Part shown: positions 44,226-59,796 of the stretch, one piece after another
Position numbering within the stretch: the first letter of the stretch is position 1
Layout: every line of letters starts with the position of its first letter
From: the human T2T-CHM13v2.0 reference genome, Homo sapiens
Length of the DNA stretch: 64,000 nucleotides
Assembly: GCF_009914755.1 (NCBI RefSeq)
Contig: NC_060938.1
Direction: 5' to 3' (one strand)
Notes under the pieces: generated by a model
The model's input: the letters and a program-made list of their open reading frames with translations, nothing else
The model's database searches: none
Told to the model about the DNA's origin: nothing
Made by a program: the position numbers and the translations under genes

Positions 44226-44713
44226 GTAAAATACCTCTTTTCTGACAAGACTAGGACTCTTACATAGACTACCATGAACTAAAAGAAGCACAACATTGCC
44301 AGAGTAACCTGTGGTACGTGTATTAATCACTTACTGAACATTTTACTTGCATTCTTTCAAGAAAATGAGTTTATTTTTAGATACTTAGTCAAATTATCTT
44401 GACTTTCTGATGTTTTTAAAGAGTATTTATAATAGATTTAGTTATTTCATTAATATTGAATGTATTTAAAACTAAATGCATCCCAAAGGAAACTGAACAG
44501 TTAAAACATGGTTTATTTCTGCAAATATTAACTTAGTGAGAAATCCCAGGGAATCTGCACATTTGTGTTTTCTATCTAACAATCATGAATTTCTTAGTGT
44601 ATGTTTTGATCAGGCTGTCTTTTGATCACAGTTTTGTGACCACTCTGTTATTCCTCTCTCTCTGGCAGTCATTTCCCAGAATTGACAAGGAATTCATCCT
44701 GAGATGATTTCTG
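44226..44713 (+). pseudogene. ATP8A2P: ATP8A2 (P4-ATPase) unprocessed pseudogene fragment: two exons, 44226-44313 and 44669-44713
   Basis: Exon 1 reads [28 protein letters not shown] (P-type DKTGT motif region; ATP8A2 [30 protein letters not shown]). Exon 2 reads HFPELTRNSS*DDF. AG acceptors are present; the second donor is mutated to CT. Confidence 0.85.
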
Positions 44714-45354
44714 CTAAGTAAATCCTAGCACTTCTTGACACTTTAGAAAAGGCTTTGGAATAATTTTATATTAGCATTTTTCACCTGCATATTTTTACAT
44801 GTAAATATAAGCTGTGAATGCATTACTTTGAAAGAGAGCCAGGATAAAATTTAAAGAAACATGGTTTTAGAAGTCCAATGGTAGTATAAGATTTCACAAA
44901 GAAACAGACTGCTCTTCATTCAGTACTTCCTATTTACTCCCCAGACACAGCCAACTTCAACATTTTTTACTTAAAAAATGTATTTTTATATTTCAAAATA
45001 ACATGTTTATGTGACCTGTCTCTCACCCATCCTGCCCTACTCTGGCTTTACCCCCTTCAGAATATTTAAAATTTCTTGAGTATCCTTAGCATATACCATT
45101 CCAATCATGAATCTTGGGGTAGGCTTATTTTTTTTTAATTTGTGCATTTAATAAACTCCTAGTGGTACATGTCTGTTTTTCTTGTTAATTCTTGGAAATG
45201 TCTTTCTATTGTTTCTATAATAATTTTCTTCCCCTCTAGCTTCCCTTTTTCTTCTGGATCTCGTTAGGTATTGAACCTCTTGAGTTGATTTTCTAATTTT
45301 TGTCATCTCCCTCTCTCATTTTTTGTATTTTGTGTTTAATTTTCTGGTATCTAG

Positions 45355-45793
<439 letters not shown>

Positions 45794-45864
45794 TGGCTTC
45801 TTAATTTTGTTTTATAAGCTTTCTTCAAAGGCCTGGTCATCATTTGCTGTGTGTTTATATATTT

Positions 45865-46690
45865 TTATTTTTTTCAGTGGGCAAAATACATGTAACATAA
45901 AATGTATCACATTAACGATTTTAAGTGTACAATTCAGTTGCTTTAACTATATTCATGTTTTGTAATGATTCCCACCATTCCTCTCTAGAACTTTTTCATG
46001 TGAAGCTCTGTACCTGTAAAACAGTAATTCCTAACTCCTGTCATCTTCCAGTCCCTATTAACCACCATTCTACTTTCTGCCTCTATGACTTTGCCTATCT
46101 TAGGTACCTCATATAAGTGGAATCATACAGTATTTGTCTTTTTGTGTTTGGCTTATTTCCATTAGCATAATGTATTCAAGGTTTCATTGTTCATCCACAT
46201 TGTGAAATGTGTCAGAATCTCCTTCCTTTAAAAAGGAATAATATTCCAATAATATTCCATTGCGTGCATATATCACATTTGTTTATCCATTCATCCACCA
46301 GTGGGCATGATGTTGCTTCCACCTTCTGGCTACTGTGAGTACTGCTGCTGTAAACATTGCTATGCAAATATCTTTTTGGGTCCCTGCATTTAATTATTGG
46401 GGCTATATACCTCAAAGTGGAATTACTGGGTCATATAGTAATTCTATGTTCAACTTTTTGAGGAACCACTGTGCTGCTCTGTAGACCAGTCCACCACTTT
46501 ACACTACTATTAGTAATGCACAAGGGTTTCATTTTCTCCATGTCCTTGTCAACACTTTTAATTTTCCATCTTTTGTTTGTTTGCATTATAATCGCCATTT
46601 TAATGGGTATGAAGTTGTACCTCTTTGTGATCTTGCTTTACATCTCCCGTATGACTTGTGATATTTTCTGCACATATTTTAAGGTTTATA
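45865..46690 (-). mobile_element. L1MB-type 3' end
   Basis: Antisense old L1 3'UTR and ORF2 end motifs (GGTACCTCATATAAGTGGAATCATACAGTATTTG). Confidence 0.75.
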
Positions 46691-46825
46691 TACTAACAAA
46701 GCCGATTACTAGGGGGGTGTGTGTAGGGGGAACTGTGTGGCTGCTGAGTGGCTTCCCTGTGGGATGATCAGCCAGAACCCACTATTGTATCAGGAAATCC
46801 CCAGGTGTCACCATCTATGGGTCTT

Positions 46826-48720
46826 TTGTAGTTTTTATGGGTACACAGTAGGCATATATGTATTTATGGGGTATATGAGATATTTTGATACAAACATATA
46901 ATGCATAATAATCACATCAGGGTAAATGCGTTATCCATCATCTCAAACATTTATCATTTCCTTGTATTATGAACAATTCAGTTATACGCAGTTATCTTAA
47001 AATGTACAAAAAACTATTGCTGACTATAGTTACCCCGTTGTGCTATCAAATAAAAGATCTTATTCATTGTAACTACATTTTGTACCTATTAACCATCCCC
47101 ACTTCCCCCCACTGGCTACACTTCCCAGCCTCAAGTAACAACCATTCTACTCTATCTTCATGAGTTTGTTTTAATATTCAGCTCCCCCAAATCAATGTGA
47201 ATGTACAAAGTTTATCTTTCTGTGGCTGGCTTATTTTACTTAAAATAATATCCTACAGCACCATTCCATGTTGTCACTAATGACAGAATCTCATTCTTTG
47301 TTATGGCTGAAAAGTACTCCATCATATATAGGCACATTTTCTTTATCCATTCATCTGTTGATGGACACTGAGGTTGCTTCCACATCTTGGATATTGTGAA
47401 TAGTAATGCAATAAACATAGGAGTGCAGTTATCTCTTCGATATATTGATTTTCTTTTTTTGTGTATATATCTAGCAATGAGATTGCTGGATCATATGATA
47501 GCTCTAATTTTAGTTTTTTGAGGAACCTCCAAATTGTTCTCCATAGTGGTTGCACTAATTTACATTCCCACCAACAGTATGCAAGGGTTGGCTTTTTTTC
47601 CATATCCTCACCAGCATTTGTTATCACCTGTCTTTTGAAAAAAAAGCCATTTTAACTGAGGTGAGATGATATCTCTTCATAGTTCTGATTTGCATTTCTC
47701 TGATAATCAGTGATGTTGGCCACCTTTTCCTAAGTCTGTTAGTCTTTTGTATTTCTTTTTTTGAGAAATATCTATTAAGATCTCTTGCCCATTTTCAAAT
47801 CAGATTATTAGATTTTTCTCTATACAGTTGTTTGAGCTTTTTATATATTCTGGTTATTAATCCCTTGTCAAATGGATAGTTTGCAAATACGTTTCCCCAT
47901 TTTTTGCATTTTCTCTTTGTTGACTGTCTCTTTTGCTATGCAGAAGCTTCTTAACTTAGTGCAATCCCAATTGTCCACTTTTGCTTTAGTTGTCTGTGCT
48001 TGTGGGGTATTGCTTAAGAAATCTTTCCATAGTCTAATAGCCTGGAGAATTTCCCCAATGTCTTCTTGTAGTAGTTTAACCTACCAAGATTAAACCATGA
48101 AGAAATTCAAAACCTGAACCGACCAATAACAAATAATGAAATCAAAGCCTTAATAAAAACTACCAACAAAGAAAATCCTGGAAGCAATAGCTTCACTGCT
48201 GTATTTTACCAAACACGTACAGAATAACTAACACCAATCCTACTCAAACTATCCCAAAGAATAGAGGAGGGAGGAATATTTCAATGCCTGATACTTAAAC
48301 CAAAGACAAATTAAAAGAGAAAACTACAGGCCAATATCCCTATGAAAAATTGATGCAAAAATCCTCAAGGAAATTTACAAACAAAACAAATCCACAACAT
48401 ATTGAAAATTATTCATAATGACTAAGTGGAATTTATGCCAGGAATGGAAGGATGGTTCAAAATATGCAAATCAATGTGATCATCATATCAACAGAATGAA
48501 GGACAAAATTTATATAATAATGTCAATTGATGCGGTAAAGCATTTGATAAAATTCAACATTTTATTGTGAAAACCCTTCAAAAAACAGGGTATAGAAGAA
48601 ACATACCTCAACACAATAAAAGCCATATAAGACACTCCCACAAGTATAGTATCTTACTGAATGGCAGAAAAACTGAAAGCCTCTCCTCTAAGCTCTGGAA
48701 CAAGAGATGCTCATTTTCAC
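46826..48720. mobile_element. L1MA-type element: antisense 3' part (46826-48077) joined to a sense ORF2 piece (48078-48720)
   Basis: Minus ORF2 C-terminal ORFs (47343-47627); abrupt orientation switch at ...GTAGTAGTTT|AACCTACCAAG. Confidence 0.8.
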
Positions 48721-48723
48721 CAC

Positions 48724-48810
48724 TCTGCCTCCTGAGTTCAAGCAATTCTCCTGCCCAAGCCTCCCTAGTAGCTAGGACTATAGGTGCATGCCACCACACC
48801 TGGCTAATTC

Positions 48811-48841
<31 letters not shown>

Positions 48842-49467
48842 GTATTTTTAGTAGAGATGGGGTTTCACCGTGTTAGCCAGCATGGTCTCAATCTCCTGAC
48901 CTTGAGATCTGCCCACCTCAGACTCCCAAAGTGCTGGGATTACAGGCATGAGCCACTGGGCCCAGGCCTTCCTGTCTTCTTCTAAGCTCTCCAAACTGTT
49001 CCAACCTCTGCCCATTACCCACTTCCAAAGCTGCTTCCACATTTTCAGGTATCTTCATAGCAATGCTCTACTTCCCAGTACCAATTTTCTGTATTAGTCT
49101 GTTCTTGCACTGCTATGAAGAACTACCTGAGACTGGGTAATTTTATAAAGAAAAGTGGTTTAATTGGATCACGATTCTGCAGGCTGAACAAGAAGCATGG
49201 CTGAGGAAGCCTCAAGAAATTTACAATCATGGCAGGAGGTGAAGAGGGAGGTGACACGCCTTACATGGCTGAAGCAGGAGGAAGAGAGAGCAAAAGGGAA
49301 GATGCTACGTACTTTTAAACAATCAGATCTGGTGAGAACTCACTATACAAGAATGGCAAGGGAGAAATCCTCCCCCATGATCCAATTACCTCTGCCCAGA
49401 CCCCTCCTCCTACACTGGGGATTACAATTAGACATGAGATTTGAGTGGGGACACAAATCCAAACCAT
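48724..49467 (-). mobile_element. Alu fragment (48724-48967), MST internal fragment and MSTA LTR (~49090-49467)
   Basis: TGTATTAGTCTGTTCTTGC...CAAACCATA MaLR LTR ends preceded by MST-internal sequence. Confidence 0.8.
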
Positions 49468-49479
49468 AAGGTTAGTATT

Positions 49480-50245
49480 AAAAGTTAATTGCTTTCCTAT
49501 ATACTAGCAATGAAAAAAACTGGAATTTGAAATTTCAAATACAATGCTATTTACATGAGTACCCCAAAAATGAAATATGTAGGCATACAGTAAACAAAAT
49601 ATGTACAGGATCTATATGAGGAAAACTTCAAAACTTTAATGAAAGAAATCAAAGGAAACCTAAATAAATTGATATATATTTCATGTGCAAGGATAGCAAG
49701 ACTCAGTATTGTTAAGATGTTAATACTCCCCTTCTTGATCTATAGATTCAACTCTACTCCAATTAAAATTCTAGCAGGTTATTTTGTAGATATAAACACA
49801 TTTATTCTAAAGCTTATATGAAGACGCAAAAGACTCATAGTCAAAATGCTGAAGAATAACAACTCAGAGGACTGACACTACCCAACTTTAAGACTTACTC
49901 TCCAGCTAAATAATTGAGTTAGCATGGCATTAGTGAAAGAATATGCAGATTGATCAATGGTTCAGAAGAGAGAGCCTGGAAATTGACCTATGCAAATATA
50001 GTTAGCTGAGCTTTGACAAAGAAGCAAAGGCAATTAAATGAAAGAATGCAGTCTCTTCAACAAATGGTGCTTAAAAATTGGATGTCCATGTACAAAAAAA
50101 AAGAATCTAAGTTCAGACTTTACACCCTTCTCAAAAATTAAAACTCAAAATGGATCAAAGATCTAAATGTAGAATGCAGAATCACAAAACTTCTAGATCA
50201 AGAATATCCAGGTGACCTTGGGTTTGGTGATGTATTTTTAGATAC
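49480..50245 (+). mobile_element. Old L1 ORF2 fragment
   Basis: ORF 49639-49821 (MKEIK.NLNK...IVKM.ILP.LIYRFN.TPIKI) is L1 ORF2-like. Confidence 0.8.
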
Positions 50246-50249
50246 AGCT

Positions 50250-50562
<313 letters not shown>

Positions 50563-51205
50563 TTATCCACTGGGTTTTGTTTCCTACTTTTTTGATTTGT
50601 GTTAAGAAAGGGGAAAAAAATCACAAGTTTGTCTAACCATTCAGTAGAAAAACAGAGCATTTGCAGACAACTTGGCAAGGGTAGAGAAATGGATGTACTG
50701 TTTTTCAGTATTTGGGGAAGGTGGTTTGAGCAGTATTTATTGACAATTTCATTAGTGGGGATGTTTCTATTAAAAACACATAGTAAGATCATTAAGTGTT
50801 CTTGCAATATAAAGTAATAATACCACCAGTGTTTATCTTACTGTTTTCGTGTTCTAAATGCATGCACCTGAGTAAAAGGATCTGGGCTGCAGTCTAGGCT
50901 GAGAGATGCCAGCAAAGGCTGCCTAGGCCAGTGCAGTCCAGTAAATCCCTCTTTAATCTTCTCTTCCACACAGACAGCAGTGATGAGCATGCCCACGAAC
51001 CCACATGATTATTTTGGGAAAAATGAAAGAGTTGTATTCTTTTTGTGGTAGTAATTCCACTTCCAGGGGCAAATACATTTTGATTATTTTATCACCTTTC
51101 AGTGAGTTGTTTTTGTTCTTTAACCAAGGATGTATGTTTGAGGTAAGAAGTAAAGCATAAAGTATATGATTTTTTGTGTGTATTTTTATCTTGCTATACC
51201 CATAG

Positions 51206-51871
51206 GGAATGTTTAATTCTGCCTTGGAAGTGGCCATATTTGAAGGTGCTGTGATTCAAACTGTCAGCGAGATAAGGCAGCAGATCAAGAAAGCACTCCG
51301 GGCTCCAGAAGGAGCCTTCCAGGCCAGCTTTGAGCATAAGCTGCTGATGAGCAGTGAGTGTCTTGAGTAGTGTTCAGGGCAGCATGTTACCATTCATGCT
51401 TGACTTCTAGCCAGTGTGACGAGAGGCTGGAGTCAGGTCTCTAGAGAGTTGAGCAGCTCCAGCCTTAGATCTCCCAGTCTTATGCGGTGTGCCCATTCGC
51501 TTTGTGTCTGCAGTCCCCTGGCCACACCCAGTAACAGTTCTGGGATCTATGGGAGTAGCTTCCTTAGTGAGCTTTCCCTTCAAATACTTTGCAACCAGGT
51601 AGAGAAGTTTGGAGTGAAGGTTTTGTTCTTCGTTTCTTCACAATATGGATATGCATCTTCTTTTGAAAATGTTAAAGTAAATTACCTCTCTTTTCAGATA
51701 CTGTCTTCATGCGAACTTGGTATCCTGTTTCCATCCCAGCCTTCTATAACCCAGTAACATCTTTTTTGAAACCAGTGGGTGAGAAAGACACCTGGTCAGG
51801 AACGCGGACCACAGGACAACTCAGGCTCACCCACGGCATCAGACTAAAGGCAAACAAGGACTCTGTATAAA
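51206..51871 (+). pseudogene. BMS1P: BMS1 unprocessed pseudogene fragment: two 3' exons, 51206-51353 and 51698-51871
   Basis: [49 protein letters not shown] / TVFMRTWYPVSIPAFYNPVTSFLKPVGEKDTWSGTRTTGQLRLTHGIRLKANKDS match the BMS1 C-terminal domain. Canonical AG/GT sites; 2-bp deletion near 51864. Confidence 0.93.
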
Positions 51872-52089
51872 GTACCGGTGGCATGTGTATTAGTGGAGAT
51901 GCAGCCTGTGCTCTGCAGACAGGGAGTCACACAGACACTTTTCTATAATTTCTTAAGTGCTTTGAATGTTCAAGTAGAAAGTCTAACATTAAATTTGATT
52001 GAACAATTGTATATTCATGGAATATTTTGGAACGGAATACCAAAAAATGGCAATAGTGGTTCTTTCTGGATGGAAGACAAACTTTTCTT

Positions 52090-54270
<2,181 letters not shown>

Positions 54271-54289
54271 TTTTTCCTGATCAGCCACT

Positions 54290-55563
<1,274 letters not shown>

Positions 55564-55574
55564 TCAGATTTTGA

Positions 55575-57330
55575 GGGTTCACAAACTATACTCCAAGGAT
55601 ATAGTAACCAAAACATCATAGGTCTGGTACAAAAACCATGACACAAAAGCCAATGGAACAGATTAGAGAAGGTTGTAGGCTGCACTCCTACAACCATCTG
55701 ATCTTTGACAAAGTCTATAATTAGAAGCAATGGGAACAGACTCCCTATTCAATGAATGGTACTAGGATAACTGTTTAGCCATATTCAGAAGATTTAAAAT
55801 GGACAACTTCCTTCCAACATATTAAAAAAATCAACTTAAGATGGATTAAAGACCTAAATGTAAAACCTAAAAGTATAAAAACCCTAGACAAAAGCCCAGA
55901 ACATAATATTCTGGACATAGGCAATAACAAGGATTTTATGATCAAGTTTCCAATAGCTATTGCAACAAAAACATAAATAGACAAGTGGGACCTAAGTATA
56001 CTAAGGAGATTATGTTCAACAAAAGAAACTATCAGCAGAGTAAACAGACAACCGACAAAATGGGAGAAAATATTTGCAAACTATGGATCTGACAAAGGTC
56101 TCATATCCAGAACCTGTAAGGAACTTAAAAAAATTTTTAAGCAAAAACTAAACAACCTCATTGAAAAATGGGCAAAGGACAAGAACAGACACTTCTCAAA
56201 AAAGACATACATGCTGTTAACAAGAATATGAAAAAATGCTCCATTTTAAAAATCACTAATCATTAGAGAAATGCAAATGAAAACCACAATGAGATACCAT
56301 TTCATACCAATCACAATGGCTACTAATAAAAAGTCAGAAAATAACAGATGTTGCTGAGGTTGCAGAGAAAAGGGAAATCTTATACACTTCCGTTGGGAAT
56401 GTAAATTAATTCAGCCATTGTATAAAGCAGTGTGAAGATTTCTCAAAAAACTTAAACAGAACTACCATTTGGCGCAGCAGTCTCATTACTGGGCACGTAC
56501 ACAAAGAAATATGAATTGTTCTACCAAATGACACATGTACTTGTATGATTATCACAGCACTATTAACAGTAGCAAAAACATGGAACCAACCTAGAGGCTC
56601 ATCAGTGGTGGACTAGAAAAAAAAAATGTGTACCGCCTGACGTGGTTGCTCACACCTGTATTCCCAGCACTTTGGGAGGCCGAGATGGGCGGATCATTTG
56701 ATATTAGGAGTTTGAGAAAAGCCTGGCCAACATGGTGAAACACCATCTCTACTAAAAATACAAAAATTAGCCAGGCATGGTGGTACATGCCTGTAGACCC
56801 AGCTACTTGGGAAACTGAGGTGGCAGAATAGCTTGAACCTGGGAGGCGAAGGTTGCAGTGGGCCCAGATTATGCCACAGCACTCCAGCCTGGGTGTCGGA
56901 GTGAGACTCTATCTCAAAAAGAAAAAAAATTGGTACATATACACCATGAAATACTGTGTAGCAACAAAAAAACAATAAATTTATGGCTTTTGCAACAAAA
57001 TGGATGTAGCTGGAGGCTACATCCCACAAATTAAGCAGATTAACACAAAAACAGAAAAAGACAGCATATATTATCACCTATAAATGAGAGATAAACATTG
57101 GCTCCACATGGTCCAAAACAAGGACCAATAGATACTAGGGCCTGTGTGAGGGTAGAGGGTGAAAAATCGGTGAAGATTGAAAAATTACTTATGCCTATCA
57201 GGTACTATGCTCACTACCTCAGTGACTAAATTATTTTTTCCATGAAACCCCAGCAACATGCAATTTACCTACATAACAAAGCTGCACGTGTACCCCCTGA
57301 ACCTAAAATATAAATTAAAAAAGAAAAAAA
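55575..57330 (+). mobile_element. Older L1PA/L1PB 3' portion with nested Alu (~56633-56930)
   Basis: ORF2 C-terminal motifs; 3'UTR ending GTACCCCCTGAACCTAAAATATAAA plus A tail. Confidence 0.85.
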
Positions 57331-57586
57331 TGAATATCAATAAGATACTTAGTAAACACACAAGTGTTTGGAAATCAAACAACAAACTTCTGAATAATTC
57401 ACAAAGAAACATCAAAATAAAACTTAGAATACATTTTGAATTGAAAGATAAACATCTGAAGTGCTGAAAGAATAGAGATGGCTTTAGTCTCGAAACTTAC
57501 ATATAAAAACATTGAAATTTCAATCAGATGGCAATTGGTATGTGATTGGATAATCTACTTTAAAGTTTATACAAAACTGAGAACCC

Positions 57587-57885
57587 GGTTAGGTGCGGTG
57601 GCTCACGCCTGTAATCCCAGGACTTTGGGAATCGGAGGTGGGTGCAACACGAGGTCAGGAGTTCAAGACCAGCCTGGCCAAGATGGTGAAACCCTGTCTC
57701 TACTAAAAATAAAAAAATTAGCCAGGCGTGGTGATGGATGCCTGTAATCCTGGCTACTCAGGAGCCTGAGGCAGGAGAATCAATTGAACCAGGGAGGCAG
57801 AGGTTGCAGAGAGCCAAGATTATGCCACTGCACTCTAGCCTGGGTGAGAGAGCAAGGCTTCATCTCAAAAAGAAAAAAAAAAAAA
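57587..57885 (+). mobile_element. AluS element
   Basis: Sense dimer; TSD-like AAAA(C/T)TGAGAACCC. Confidence 0.88.
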
Positions 57886-59796
57886 TTGAGAACCCAGATA
57901 AAAATAGCTAACTTTCTTCTCCAAAAGAAAAAAGAATGACAGTGAGTAGAGGTCTGCTTCTATTGGCTATCAGATAATCTTATAACCCTGCAGTACTGTG
58001 GTGGTACGAAGCACATCCACAGCAGTAGTGTGACCGTCAGGTATCAAATAGACAAGAACTTCAGAGAAGACAAATGTAACATTTGAAATCAGTAGAAAGA
58101 AGTATTACTTTGAGAAAGTTGGTTATTATTTGGAATTTGAAGAAATAAACAATAAATTTCAAATAACTTAAAGAATGAAATAAAAAATAAAATTAATACT
58201 ACAAGGAAGTTTTTAAAATATTCATGCCTTTTCCTCATGACATGAAATATAAATATCATGAAGTAAAAGACAGACAAATTTTACTAACTAAACAAACTCA
58301 TTTTTAGCAAACACTTGATAAATACCATTGAGACAAATAAATTAGAAGAAAATATTTACATGGTATATATAACAAAAAAATGGATATTCAGAATGTATAG
58401 AGATTATCAAATAATAAAGAACTTGCAAATCCCAGTGGGAAAATGAGCAAAGAATATAAAGAGGAATTACACAGAAGAAAACGTATGCTATGTATTAACA
58501 AATGAAAAGTTGCTTCATCTGTGTAATGGCCAAAATGTATGTTAAAATATAAGACAGCATTTCTCCCATCTCATTGGTAAAATAAAAAATACATATGCAC
58601 TTCATAAATTCATATGTCACTTCAGCATTTTTACAGTTAATATCACTTTTGTTATTCTTAAAAAGTTGAAAAATTAAATGAGTTAAAAGCAGTATGAGAG
58701 AAATTATTGCAAATATGTGTATAATATTGTTAGGAGAAACCCAAGTAAGACCCCAGAGGTGTAAGTTTAAATTGAAGACTAATCAGTTTATATATATAAT
58801 AATTTAAAAATATTCTGTGCATTATAAAACTCACAAAAGAATTAAAAGGCAAAAAAATCAAGAAAAAATAATTTCAAAATAAATGCCACAACACAGCTTC
58901 CTGTGGTCAAGATTTCTCTCCATTCTACTTTGACGTCTAAATAGATCTTTGGGCATCTAGACTAATATTGGGTTTGTATACTCCCAGAAAATTCAAGACT
59001 ACTAAACGCACCCAACCTTACAACCCCGAAGCATATTATCACATAGGGGTCTTGTGTAGTTTGCTAAAATGTAATGTACTACCTGTCACAGAATGAGCAC
59101 TTAACTGATGTTGGGTGTGATGTAGCATAGTAGCAAAAAACTTTAGAATTAGGCCACAATGTTTTTAAGGGCTTTGCACGACCCATTATTTTTTGGCACT
59201 TAATTTTAAAAAATCTGCATGCTTATTTTAATTTTGTCATTACTTGCCATTGTATCCATCTCAGCACACTGATCAAATAATCACAAAAATCACAGAGATG
59301 ATACTCTGCTAATTAAGAAAGTTTTCTTTTTTTCTTTGTGAAACCATTCTTCATTTTTTTTTTTTTTGGTATTTAGAAATAATTTCTAGTGCTAATTTAT
59401 TTTTAGTGACATTTTGCACAGACTCTCCAAATAAAAAACCAAGAACGACCAATTTTATTGGGAAAATACTAAATGTAACAAACTTTATTTTTTGATGAGT
59501 GAAGACTATTTTTCTAATTTTGCTTAAAAATTTTAGGTTTAGCCTTAGGTAATAAAGTTAATAGAGAGAATGTTTACTACCATGCATAAATTCAAAAGAC
59601 TTGTTAGTTTAGATTGTCAATTTAATGTTGAACAAAGTTGCTTGAAATTTTCAGATGAAATAACTTTAGGTAAGCTTAAGAAAAGTTTGATTGCATTTTG
59701 TTTATAATCTTGTACTTCTATTTTCATTCTGATTTAGTAGGCTGCACACTTTTTAAAAAAAAAAATTCAGGTGGATTGTGGCCATTCCTTTTCCTC

